From NCBI GenBank assembly GCA_020891255.1, contig BQFW01000003.1, positions 1,116,001 to 1,180,000 on the forward strand: a stretch of 64,000 bases of DNA. Direction: 5' to 3'. Positions 25,301 through 36,103 of the stretch are shown here, piece by piece. How positions within the stretch are numbered: position 1 is the first letter of the stretch; each line of letters opens with the position of its first letter. The notes under the pieces are model-generated. The model was not told the origin of the DNA. It did no database searches and worked only from the letters and a program-made list of their open reading frames with translations. The stretch comes from Entomortierella parvispora E1425. Taxonomy: Eukaryota; Fungi; Mortierellomycota. The translations under genes were made by a program, and so were the position numbers.

Positions 25301-28104
25301 CTTGAAGCTCCAGATCGAGTCATTGGTGGCGGCGTTTTTCTTGACGTAGCGCTGGATGTAGTTTTCGATCTTAGCCGTGGAGAACGGAACAATCACGGCT
25401 TCCTGAAGATGACCGGCACTAGCTCTATTATTGCGATCGCCCGGCTGGAAGAAGATTCGATAGTTGGGAACAAGAGATTCGCTTCGGCAGCTGATAATCA
25501 TCTTTGCCTTCCACTCTCCAGAGTCGTTCAGTCGATTGCCGTTATAGAGATTGATTCCCCATTGACATTCGTCATAGCCGTCGCATATCAAAATGAACTC
25601 GTAATTATCTTTGAGTTCCTGGAGCTGCTCGTCCTTCAAGTTGACATACCGGCGCAGTTGCTTTGGGATAATATCCCGTTCAGGCTCGCGAATTTCGGGA
25701 AGCGATACAAATATCGGGATCCATTTTTTGTGGTTTTTGTAGTCTCCCCACAAACTAAACTCCAGTTCCAGGTTGAAGGTTGACTTGCCAGCCCCAGAGT
25801 CGCCCAAAATCAAGAAAACTTTTTTGTCGCTTTTCAGAAACTCGTCAACTTTTTCGCTGGTCAGGTCAAAGAGCTCAGTGTCGGGTGATTTTCGGCTCGC
25901 CTTGGCCTGAGGATCAATGTACACTGCGTGGCCTCGTCGCTTTTCTTGGAATTCCATCCTTCGCTGCTCATACTTCCGTAACTCGAGCTTAACAGAAGGC
26001 TTGTTTTGGACCCGGTCAATCAGAGTGGTGGACACATTTGGTGGGGGCAAGGCGATGCTCCAAGAATGAGAACTCGGTCCAGACTTGGTGCTAGTCCTGT
26101 AAAGAGCTCGCTTGGTCGCATCTCCATCATGTTCCAACTCCCGCAGAAGCGCTGTGGCGGTGTAGGACATTGATCCTATAAAACAAACAAGCAGTAGCGG
26201 TCAATCAACAAATCCGATACTACGAAGAATTCAAGTTCTCTTAGGACATTTATCGCTGGTTCGCTTAATACCTGGCACAGTGGGATCGGAGGTAGATGCC
26301 AACTGCAAAACGATGTCCAAGATGCACTGTTTGATGATTGGCTCCTGACCCCAGTTTTCGTCGTTGCAATAAATTTCGCCCAAAAATGCGACAGCGTCAT
26401 TTTGAGATTCGACATCCAAATATGGAGCCACTGCCAAAAAACGGAGACGTTGACAGAGGCCCCATTGAAAAGCTGGATCATAGCGACAATGTGCGTCCCA
26501 AACTAACGCTTTAAATTGGACCAGCTGTCCGTTGCGAGCTGAAGCGTCAGCAGCACGCAGAACTGGATACCAGTCGCGCTTTTGTTTAAAGCTAAGGCCG
26601 CTCTTGAGTGACTCCAGGAAGCCTTGACCGCCTTCGATCAGATCGTTGACACCATTGTACGCATCCATGACAGTGCCAAAGAACTGGCCCGCACCTTGGA
26701 GTCCTCCCTGGATGGACTGCAGTCCATCTATAAACGCTCCAATATCGAGACCCTTGACCGCGCTGGCTAGTCCGCTGACACCTTTGATGACCGCTCCTGT
26801 ACGCCTCAAAGCCGCTTTCCAAAGTTCTTCATTGTCGGGGACGCTCAAAAGGGCCTGGTAGGTATAGACTGCTTGAAATACCAGATAGGGATCGCCGGCC
26901 TTTTTCAAATCCTTAAAGTACAAAAGGAGTGGTTCATGTAGATCGACTCGGTCTAAACCGTCGATCTTGCTGTCAACCATGGCATCAAGAACACGCGATA
27001 CCGTTAAAGTCAATCGGTAGACGTGATGAGCTGACTTTTGAAATGTCTTTTGCAGTCGAAGGTTCAAAAGGCCTAGGATCTGGACAAGATCGTCCGCATC
27101 GATATACCCAGGAGAAGCGCCTTGGATCAATTGGGCCAGTCCTTCCAGTGCAGGTATGTCCAGTAAAGTTGAATGCTCGATTTCATTGACAAACAGATCG
27201 AGCAGAGAGTGGAACTCGTCTTTTTTCAGCACTGGAGCCAGGCAGAGGACCTCGGCGATTACTTCTTGGTTCTTCAATTCGTCCCGCACGAGGGCGCGGA
27301 CCATATCTTTGGCCAGCGTCTCAAGTCTTTCTTGCTCATATTCATCCTGTTTGGTGACTTTGAGCCAGTCGTGGGCCCATGGGACCAGCGAGTCAAGGTT
27401 ATCTTCGGAAAGAGTCGATGCCTGGAGAAGGCCAAGGCCATTGGCGAGCTGGCGGGTGTTTTCAAGTCTTTCGTTTGCTTTAGGCAGCTTGCCTGGGGCT
27501 GTGGATGGTGGGCAGTCTTTTGTGAAGATGGTTGCAAACACTGTTTCTTTGTCACGGCCGGCAATGGTCTTGGGCGATGACACACTCGAATCTTGAGTTT
27601 CAGAAAGTGGCGAAAGGTCAACAGGTCCTGATGCTGGCGGTAACTGAGGGGTAGGAGATGCGCTACGAGGAAGAACCGTTACGATAACTTCAGTGTCTCC
27701 ACTATTAGTCGAAAGTGAGGCCAAGATGAGGGGGAAGAGAGCGATGTTAGTTAGTATCAACCATAGTTGATGTCAAGAAGGTACCTAAACCTGATACAGT
27801 CCATTATCCTTGAGAGGATACATTTATATTACCCAAGCTCATCGGCCTTGCCGTAGCTGACTTTTGCTTCGGCGACAAACCCCAGGGTCTCAAGGATTCT
27901 GCCGTGCTCGCGGTAAACAGACACGACTTGGAGGCGGTCTTTGACACTGATGGAGGTATCGATTCTTTCCAGCGTCTTTTTGGCATCGCTGCAGTAACCA
28001 AAACCTTTTTGTTTGTTCTGAGTGCCTCGAGCCTTCTCGAGGTACTTGTTCGCACGCCCAACGGCTTCCTGTGGTGGCAGGGACCGTTTGTTCCAGAAAA
28101 CCAT
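22358..28104 (-). CDS. NLR-like helical/ARM-like - NACHT - pentapeptide - WD40 protein (~1839 aa)
   Basis: Exons 27833-28104, 26272-27701 and 22358-26175 splice in frame (5520 nt). Walker A GDSGAGKST, Walker B FILICDGYDE, pentapeptide repeats (GADLSYGDFDSALLQGADL), and 13 recognisable TVRLWDAQ-type WD40 repeats. Confidence 0.92.
22650..24200 (-). repeat. ~126-bp coding tandem repeats (highly similar WD40 units)
   Basis: Recurrent TGTGCATCCCA(C/T)A..CGCAC and GCGATCTGGTG segments at ~126-bp period. Confidence 0.9.
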
Positions 28105-30191
28105 AGATTGTTGTTATGCTCTAGAAGACAAAGGACAACAGCAGTAAGTGGGTGGTTGATCGAGAATGTTAGTCGCCGTAGATGACTGGATTCGTTGAAT
28201 AAGACGCACTTGAGGAAAATGTAGTGAAAATTCGAGGGTATGGGGAGTTTGGAAAGTGGCAAAAAAGTGAAAGAGTGGAAGAGAAGCAATTTGAGCAAAT
28301 GGAAACCTCATAAAAGTCCTTGGTGGCACCAGCTTTTGTGACCGAAGCCAACGACAATTGCAAACGAACCCAATTTCTGAGAGCATTGCAATGTGGTTTG
28401 CTTGGTCCGCGGGGTGCTTTCACGCCCAGCAGCAGCAAAAAAAAAAAAAAAAAGGAAAAAAGATACATCGCTCCTTCGCTTTTCTCCCATGGCAACACCG
28501 CGTGATTCTTGCAGGAAAATGAATGGCGGGAGATGGATGATTGTCGCTATTCAGAGGTATGACTTGGGATCATACAAGGAATGGTCCTGTCGTCCAGATC
28601 GGTGGCCGTCGGCATCAAAGGTACTCCTGCCCTCTACTGAAGTAGTTCTCGGTGTTTTCCAAATTATGGACTGTGGAGCAATTGATGGTGCTGTCGCCTG
28701 GACAGAGGCCTGTCCACAGCCCAAATTGGACTTGTGGAATTGGTATGGTTCTTAAGGGTGCATTTTCATTCCCTGTTGCGGTGGCTTAGATCTTCACCTC
28801 AACCTGATCGTGAAGCAAAGAGCGCCTACCCGCTTCTCGGCTCCATTTGGCCTATTACTAAAATACCAACACCTTGTCACTGACACCATGACCCCGCTCC
28901 ACCGAACGATAATAGAACTGGAGCCGATATCAGTACTGTGTAAGGACTCAAGGTTCCGACAAAGGAAGGTACAAAAAGCTCCATGACCAAAACAGAAAGA
29001 AACGCGAACAGGGCGCGATAAGGATTCAAAGTTCTTCCTTGGCGTACATATGTAGCTCTAAATCAGATTCAGACAAGTTGCCTGCTGTCTAACGAAGACT
29101 TTTTGGCATGCCTCGATTAACGGTCTCAAATGAAAACGGGGCAGAGTCGAACGCGCGTTAATATCAGTTTACATCACTAATTCGGGCAAATCGAGTGAGA
29201 AAAGGCGAGCAGGGATATCTTGACAATTGTCCTTTTTGACTTACCTTTTTGGTTGAGAAAAGAAGTGATCGGCAACGATAAAGGACTGTTGTCTGTCTGC
29301 TTACCTGCTTTGCCAGAAAAAAAAAATGAAAGAAATTTTTTTTGGGCTCTCTCTTCCCGGCCAGTTGGACAAAATGGGGTTCAAAGAGGCTGACAGCTTG
29401 CAGCTCTCTGTCTTCCCTCAATGAACGAGCTAACCCAGGTATGGCATTCAAACTGATATCATAAACATCTTTGTGATAAAGATTGAGATTGTCAATATCC
29501 AGTGGGTACAGGAAACAGGTTACATTCGTTCAAAAGGTTCGTCCCAGCAGAGATGACCGTTTAAATGGTAGGACAGTTAATCCCTTCATGTTCTGTAACC
29601 AGCTTGGTTCTCCTCTTTCTTAAAAGACAGGGGCAAGAGAGAGGTACCTCTGCACAGGGACCCACATGCATGTGGCCCGACAACACGAAACGTAGATTCA
29701 TTTATGGCCATTCAGAGAAGCCATTGAGTCCCAGAAGAAGAAGGAGTAGAACTGGTGCCACCTTGCCTGTACGAGGGTGGATCATCTGTCCAATTCCCGC
29801 CATTTGGGACATGGCACTTTGCGAAGGTGAGCAGCAGCTGTGTGGTTGTTGTGCCAACAATCATTGCACAAATCGGGCAAGCAGACGCGGAAGTTTTTTG
29901 TTTGTTTGTCATTTCCGAGACGAGATGGACCAAGTGCAGCGAAGGGTGTCCGTGATCTCTTTTTTCTGGTAGACTTGCCATGGTGCGCCCATTGTCAAAT
30001 TGCCTTTACTTTCCTTTCCGGTGGGGCCATCACCGTACTCTATATAAGAGGCCCCGCTCCTCTCTCCTTCCCAATCCGCCGAACCAGTATCGCAGTTGAC
30101 CTTCGACCTCTTCCCCTTCCTCCTTCTCATCCTCGTCTCTCTCTTTCTCTCTCTCTATCCCTTCTTACGCCCTCTTCAAGTTCTCTCCGTC

Positions 30192-31862
30192 ATGTCTCCT
30201 TATCCTCCTTTCCCCCCTTCCATGGCCTATCTTCAGGAACAGGCCCTTTGCAGTCTTCAGAACGACGAAACGGCAGAACTCAAACGCAGCCCTGCACTTC
30301 CACTCGAAACGACGAGAAGGAAAGAGCATTTCCCCAAAAGAGTAGTCTATCCAGGTAAAGAGAGGCTTACCATCATTACAATCGGCTATGACAGATCCTA
30401 CCATACGATTGTTGACACCAGGAACTCGTTTTCTTTCTTGCCCATAGATCCCAGCACTCTTGATTTACTTTGCTACAGCCTTCTGATGTACGCCATGGAT
30501 ATGACATTTCTCGTCTTCTGGGGCTGCGTCTGCCTGACCGTTCGCCGCCGACAGGCCCAACTCGAAAAGACCAATGCCGTCCAGACCAACCCCTCCGAGA
30601 GTTTCTTGGCCCGGATCCTGATACTCGATGTGTTTGGTAGATCGTTTGCGCTGAGCCTGAACTTTTTCTCTTGGAAAGAACACGTCCTGGCGAGCACATT
30701 TACCGCCATGTTTGCGATTTACATGAAGTTGCCCACGGCTGCATCTGCCTGCAGCACGGTTGCTTGGACTGTCCTTGTCAGCTACTTTTTGGTTATTGCC
30801 CTTCGACGGATTCTCGCCGTCACGACCAAGCCTTTGAGGCTTCCATCGAGTCCCAGCAGAAGATCCAGTCCCTCTCATGACCGGGCCACTTCCAAGATGC
30901 AGTCCTGCCCCTCGTCCACAGTGACCTTTCCTTCTGTCCTTCAGGTCGCCGGCTTCGCCTTTGCAGCGTGTGTGATCATCCCCTGGGTTTATGGCTATAC
31001 AGGCCAGTTTGGTCTCAAGGCTCATCCAGTTCCAGTGCCGGATGTGTTTCTCCAGAATGGCATCCCCTACACCATCTCCAAAGTCCCTGAAACACGCGCA
31101 TACCCCGAGGATGAAGGTCCACTTCCAACGAACCCAGGGTTTCTGGTCAAGCTCTCCGTTCTCCTAGTTACCGTCACGTTGTGGCCAATCCTGTCCCGGA
31201 ACCCTCGACATCGTCTCCGTAGTTCTTCTTCCAGACGAGCGGGCGTCGCTCATTTGAGAACCCCCGATGGTTGGTTTGGGCAGTTGTTCCTTGTGGCCGC
31301 CTGTGCAGTCTGGGCCATATTACCGAGATGGGCCGCCCTCTTGTCATTCTTGGTCGTCGGTTACTTTGTCCCGACCCACAGGTCCATGGCCACCCTCCTA
31401 AAGCAGGTGCCAATTCTTCCTTGGTTGAAAGGATTCCTAGCCCGAGCTCTACCCAGCCACCCAGACATGAGGACTAGGCTCGAGATCTTGGTCTATAATC
31501 TGGTACTTTGTCCAATCATCAATCGAATGATTCACTATTACACCCCTGCGGCCAAAAGGCCTCCCTCGTCGGCTCTGCGATCTCGATGGATGGCTCGTAT
31601 CACTGCCCTGGCAAGACTCTACAATTGCCCCCAGACACCCAGCCGCTTCCCTAAGACGTTCCCTCTCGCTTCATCCCTAATCAAGAAGGAGGTCTCTCCA
31701 GCCTCAGGCAATGACTGTCAAATCCTGACCCTCAACCCTGAGCCTCCTTCGCCTGAACAGCGCAAGGGCCGACGCAGAAATCGAGAACTGACCCGTATCT
31801 CTACTGCCACAGACATCTCGTCCTGGACCGCCACCGGACAAGATAAACTGACCAAAATATGA
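30192..31862 (+). CDS. Hypothetical multi-pass membrane protein (no family recognised)
   Basis: Long ORF with several hydrophobic segments separated by Ser/Arg-rich linkers. A possible in-frame intron lies at ~30355-30478. Confidence 0.6.
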   Translation: MSPYPPFPPSMAYLQEQALCSLQNDETAELKRSPALPLETTRRKEHFPKRVVYPGKERLTIITIGYDRSYHTIVDTRNSFSFLPIDPSTLDLLCYSLLMYAMDMTFLVFWGCVCLTVRRRQAQLEKTNAVQTNPSESFLARILILDVFGRSFALSLNFFSWKEHVLASTFTAMFAIYMKLPTAASACSTVAWTVLVSYFLVIALRRILAVTTKPLRLPSSPSRRSSPSHDRATSKMQSCPSSTVTFPSVLQVAGFAFAACVIIPWVYGYTGQFGLKAHPVPVPDVFLQNGIPYTISKVPETRAYPEDEGPLPTNPGFLVKLSVLLVTVTLWPILSRNPRHRLRSSSSRRAGVAHLRTPDGWFGQLFLVAACAVWAILPRWAALLSFLVVGYFVPTHRSMATLLKQVPILPWLKGFLARALPSHPDMRTRLEILVYNLVLCPIINRMIHYYTPAAKRPPSSALRSRWMARITALARLYNCPQTPSRFPKTFPLASSLIKKEVSPASGNDCQILTLNPEPPSPEQRKGRRRNRELTRISTATDISSWTATGQDKLTKI

Positions 31863-33246
31863 TGAACGAATATAGCCTATAACTTATGATTTTCTGAATG
31901 ACTTTATGATAACAAACATGATGATGTCTTGCAATGAACCGAATAAAAAAAAAAAATCAAAAAAAATCGTGTCATCTCGGCTTTCAACCTGGTCAGTATC
32001 AAGTGCGGGGGAGGGAGGTGGAGGTAGGAGTCAATCTGCTTCTGCGAGCAGTTCTGGGGTTGCGAGTAGGTCGTTGTAAGTCTACTGACGACCTCAGATG
32101 ATCACAACAACGAGAACGACTGTGCAAATAGAGCAAGGAGTTCGCGATTTCGATCTTTGAAAACCTTCTCCCAGAGGTGACAACAATGCAAACAACGCTA
32201 TCAGGAAAGGCTCCTCTTGTTGCCCATGTTTGGTAAGAAACACGAATCGTCGCTGTTACACCACAGCAAGGGGGATCCGTTCGTGTTCCCAATCCTCGAG
32301 ACGCCCTGCGCCCGGGGAAAGTATGTTACGAGCTAGAGAATACATGTGTCGAGTGCCGACCCGCTCAACTTGATTTGAAATGGCCCACCGCCAAAATCAT
32401 TGCTCCTCCCAGGGCCGCAGGTTGCCCATGCCGAGGAGCCCTGGGTAGACTTGTACAAGATGAATAGCCCTCAGCAAATCGCAGGACCCTTGCCTGTTCT
32501 GATTAGAATCTGCCTTGGTCGTTCTATTGCTCTCTCACCTTGTCGAGGCAGACCCTCCCACTTTTTTTTTTTTTTTTTTTTTTGCTCACATAATTGTCGG
32601 TGGGACAAACAGACAGCAAGCCAAGGATCGGGAAGCACATCCGCAACTCTAAATGAAAGAAAGAACTCACTCTCCATCCTGGTTTTTGACTTGGTCCTTG
32701 ATGTCTTGAGCGGGATGCAATAACGGTCAGCTCTGGACAAAACGAAACTCGGCGTTTGACAGGTCGGTTGAACGGCAATATGTGAATCAAGGCTGTGGTG
32801 GAGGTGGGTGCCATTGGAGTGTCCATGGAAGCAACAAACTGAACTGCAGTTAAAGAGTCCCCTGGTAGAAACAAGGATCCCTGACGTGCCAAGAAGAGGA
32901 GGAGGAAGAAAAAAATGTGCGAGGAGAAGAGAGAAAGAAAGAAAGAAAAAAAAAGGCGCGCGATGCTGATTTGTTTGTTTCTTGCATGTCGGGTGCAGCC
33001 CTGAAAAAGAAACATAAGAAAAAAGCCGATGCAGACTTCAGCGACGGTGATCACAACGCCCCGGAAGAGGGTCCGAGAGACGTTCGCTCGTGCAATTGAT
33101 TCATTCTTTCTTTCTTCCTTTCCATTCTTCTTTATTTTCGTCTCTTTTCCTCACAGCACGCAGCAACAAATACCTATCGAGCATCTCTTTTCGTTCCCTT
33201 GCCCTCGTCGCCATCGCATATCATTTTACACACATTACACAGCACT

Positions 33247-35939
33247 ATGGAAGATGGTAGATCTAGCCCAACGCCACCATCGGACCACTCCATCAATTCA
33301 CTAGAGATGTCGACTATTACCAATGTTGATGGCGCCGAAAGGAGGCCAACTCCTAATGGCTTTGACCTCGCAGACTACAAATCCTTCTTTCGTAACAATC
33401 TACTATCAGGGTCTCCGCCTTTCTCGCGGCAACCGCCACCTTACAGTCTACAGGAGCCTGGTTCGGAAGAACCAATAAAAGATCAGTCTGAACCTTTACA
33501 TGCGGAAGAAGAAGTTCGATCGACCATCCCTAGTAAGTATTTCCCATGTCACCGGCACCAACATCGAGTCGATCGTATGTTTAGAAAGTTATCTGACGGC
33601 CAAACTGCACTTTGTACGGCACCATCATCCTTTTAGACAGAGATGACCCAACAACACCCTGCAACACGTTCAGGATGTGGCTCCTGGGCATTTTTTTCTC
33701 TGTCGCGACCACGTTCCTGAACCAGTTCTTTTCGTTTCGAGACGCTCGATTCTCAATCGCCTACCCAGTCCCGGCCTTGCTCAGTTTACCGCTGGGTCAT
33801 CTGCTGGCCAAGATCTTGCCTCGGCGCCGATTCAGGATTCGGATAGGGGGTTGGAAGAGGCAACGTAGGGCTTTTATAGACAGGACTCAACCCATTCACC
33901 GCGGGGCTCCACCACTTCCAGGATCGGGAGGAGTACAAGAACCACAGCAGTACGTGCCGAGGTTCGAATACACGTTCAGTCTGAACCCAGGGCCGTTCAC
34001 CGCCAAGGAACACGCCCTGATCGGGGCCATGGTCAGTTGTGCGACCGCCACCAACTATGTATCCGAAGTCTTGTTCCTGGAACGAAGTCTTTTCCCGACC
34101 TCGAGGCCCTTCGTGAGCAACTTTTGTATGGCTTTGATCTTGCAGATCTTAGGGTACGGGATTGCGGGTGGGTTAAGACGGATCTTGATCCAACCCGCAG
34201 AAATGGTGTGGCCCAACACTTTGGCCATGGCTGCTCTTTTTCGATCCCTACATTCTCGCAAGGCGGTCGAGTTCTTGGAAGCACAGCAGGATCGGGCTCA
34301 GGAGCAAGGCGTAAGACTGGAACAGATCCAGGCAGAGACAACTCCAGAGGTCAGGAAGAAAAAAAGCACAGGAAGGATGTCGCGGATGAAGTACTTTTGG
34401 TGGGTGGCCTTATTCTCTTTCGTCTGGTACTGGATCCCAGAATTCATCATGCCGACCCTGGGTTATCTCTCGGTCCTTTGTTGGATCAGTCCAAAGAGCA
34501 AAGTTCTCTCACAACTTACAGGGAGTACAGGATTGGGCATTGGCACGTTTACCTTCAACTGGGGTTACATCTCCAACCAGGCCATGCCCTTGATCACACC
34601 GTGGTCCGTCCAGGCTAATTTGTTGGCAGGGTTGGTTCTCTTTAGCTGGATGATCTACCCAGGTCTGTACTATTCAGATGCATGGGGCGCAAAGTCATAT
34701 CCGATACGCTCGTATGGATTGTTCGATACTGAGGGGGGCTCTTATAATATATTCAAGGTGATAGATGATCAACTGAACTTCAACCAAGCAGCCTATGAAG
34801 CCTATGGGCCTGTGAGGATACCCATGTCCACTGCGATGTCGATGGGCCTCGGTTTCGCAGTTCTTTCCGCCACATGTACTCACACAGTCCTATACCACGG
34901 TCGAGATCTCAAAGATTTTCTCACATCAGGCATCTGGGGACGCGAGGATGTCCATACACGGATGATGCGAGCCTACCCGGAGGTACCTGACCTGTGGTAT
35001 CAGATCCTGATGATCGTCATGACGCTAATGACGGTTATTACCCTTGCCGTCAACGGATACATGCCCTGGTGGGGCAGTCTGCTGGCCATTGGACTCAACC
35101 TGATCTTTATCATCCCAATCGGGATTATCACAGCAGTGACCAACCAGACGCCCATGTTGAATATCTTGAGCGAGTACATCATGGGCTTTGCGTACCCAGG
35201 GCACGTCATGGCCAACGCCACATTCAATGCCCTGAGTTTTAATCTTATCTCCCAAGTCACCAAGTTTCTCTCTGGTCTCAAGCTCGGTCATTACCTCAAG
35301 GTCCCTCCCCGGATCATGTTCACGGCCCAAGTCACCGCCGGTATCTTGGGAGCCCTGGTCCAGCTCTTGACCTACGAGTGGATCTTTACCGTTCAACCCA
35401 ATGTCTGTGATGGCATGTGGGCTTGTCCAGGCTTCACTCAGTTCCAAACGTCGTCCTTTCTCTGGGGGGCCATCGGCCCGTCCCGACTTTTTGGCAAGGA
35501 TATCTTTGGTGGCAGCAAAGGGGAAGATGGGCGCTATGCACCTATCCAACTTGGGTTTATCTTGGGCGTTTTCCTCCCTCTCCTGACCTGGTTCCTCGCA
35601 AAGAGGTTCCCTGTCCGTGGAAGATGGCTGAACAAAGTCCATTGGCCCGTCATGTTGTCTGCAGGCCTGCTCGACGTGAGGGGACCGCCTTTTTATCTTA
35701 TGAATGGAATCATTGTCGGCTTTATTTCCATGTACGTCTTGCGGCGGTATCGACACGCTTGGTGGTGTCGGTACAATTATATTACCAGTGTGGCCTTGGA
35801 CACTGGCGTGGCCCTTGCGGCGATCACTCTCTTTTTAACCATTGAAACAAACGATATCGAGATGCCTTCCTACTGGGGGAGTCCTGATGACTTGAGAGAG
35901 GTCGACCATTGTCCACTAGGTGGCCTCAGTTATCGTTAA
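33247..35939 (+). CDS. OPT-family oligopeptide transporter (intact)
   Basis: Exon 1 to 33532, intron 33533-33636, then an open frame with DDPTTPCNTFRMW, NPGPFTAKEH, MVWPNTL, GLKLGHYLKVPPR and YNYITSVALDTG. Confidence 0.93.
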
Positions 35940-36103
35940 AAGTTCAAAAAATGTCTTGCCTGGAAGCCTCCATTCCTTTTTTTTTTCTATTTTTTTTCTG
36001 CCAAGCTTGGTCAAATGTACAATATTGAATAATAAACGAGATCATGCAAGGCTACTACGATTGCGATTGAAGATTGATATCCACACTTTTATTCTGTGCT
36101 TTC

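Noticed and set aside
29161-29459. MITE defined by the 10-bp inverted repeat ATATCAGTTT/AAACTGATAT
   Set aside because: The repeat does not extend, there is no convincing TSD, and such matches are expected by chance over 64 kb.
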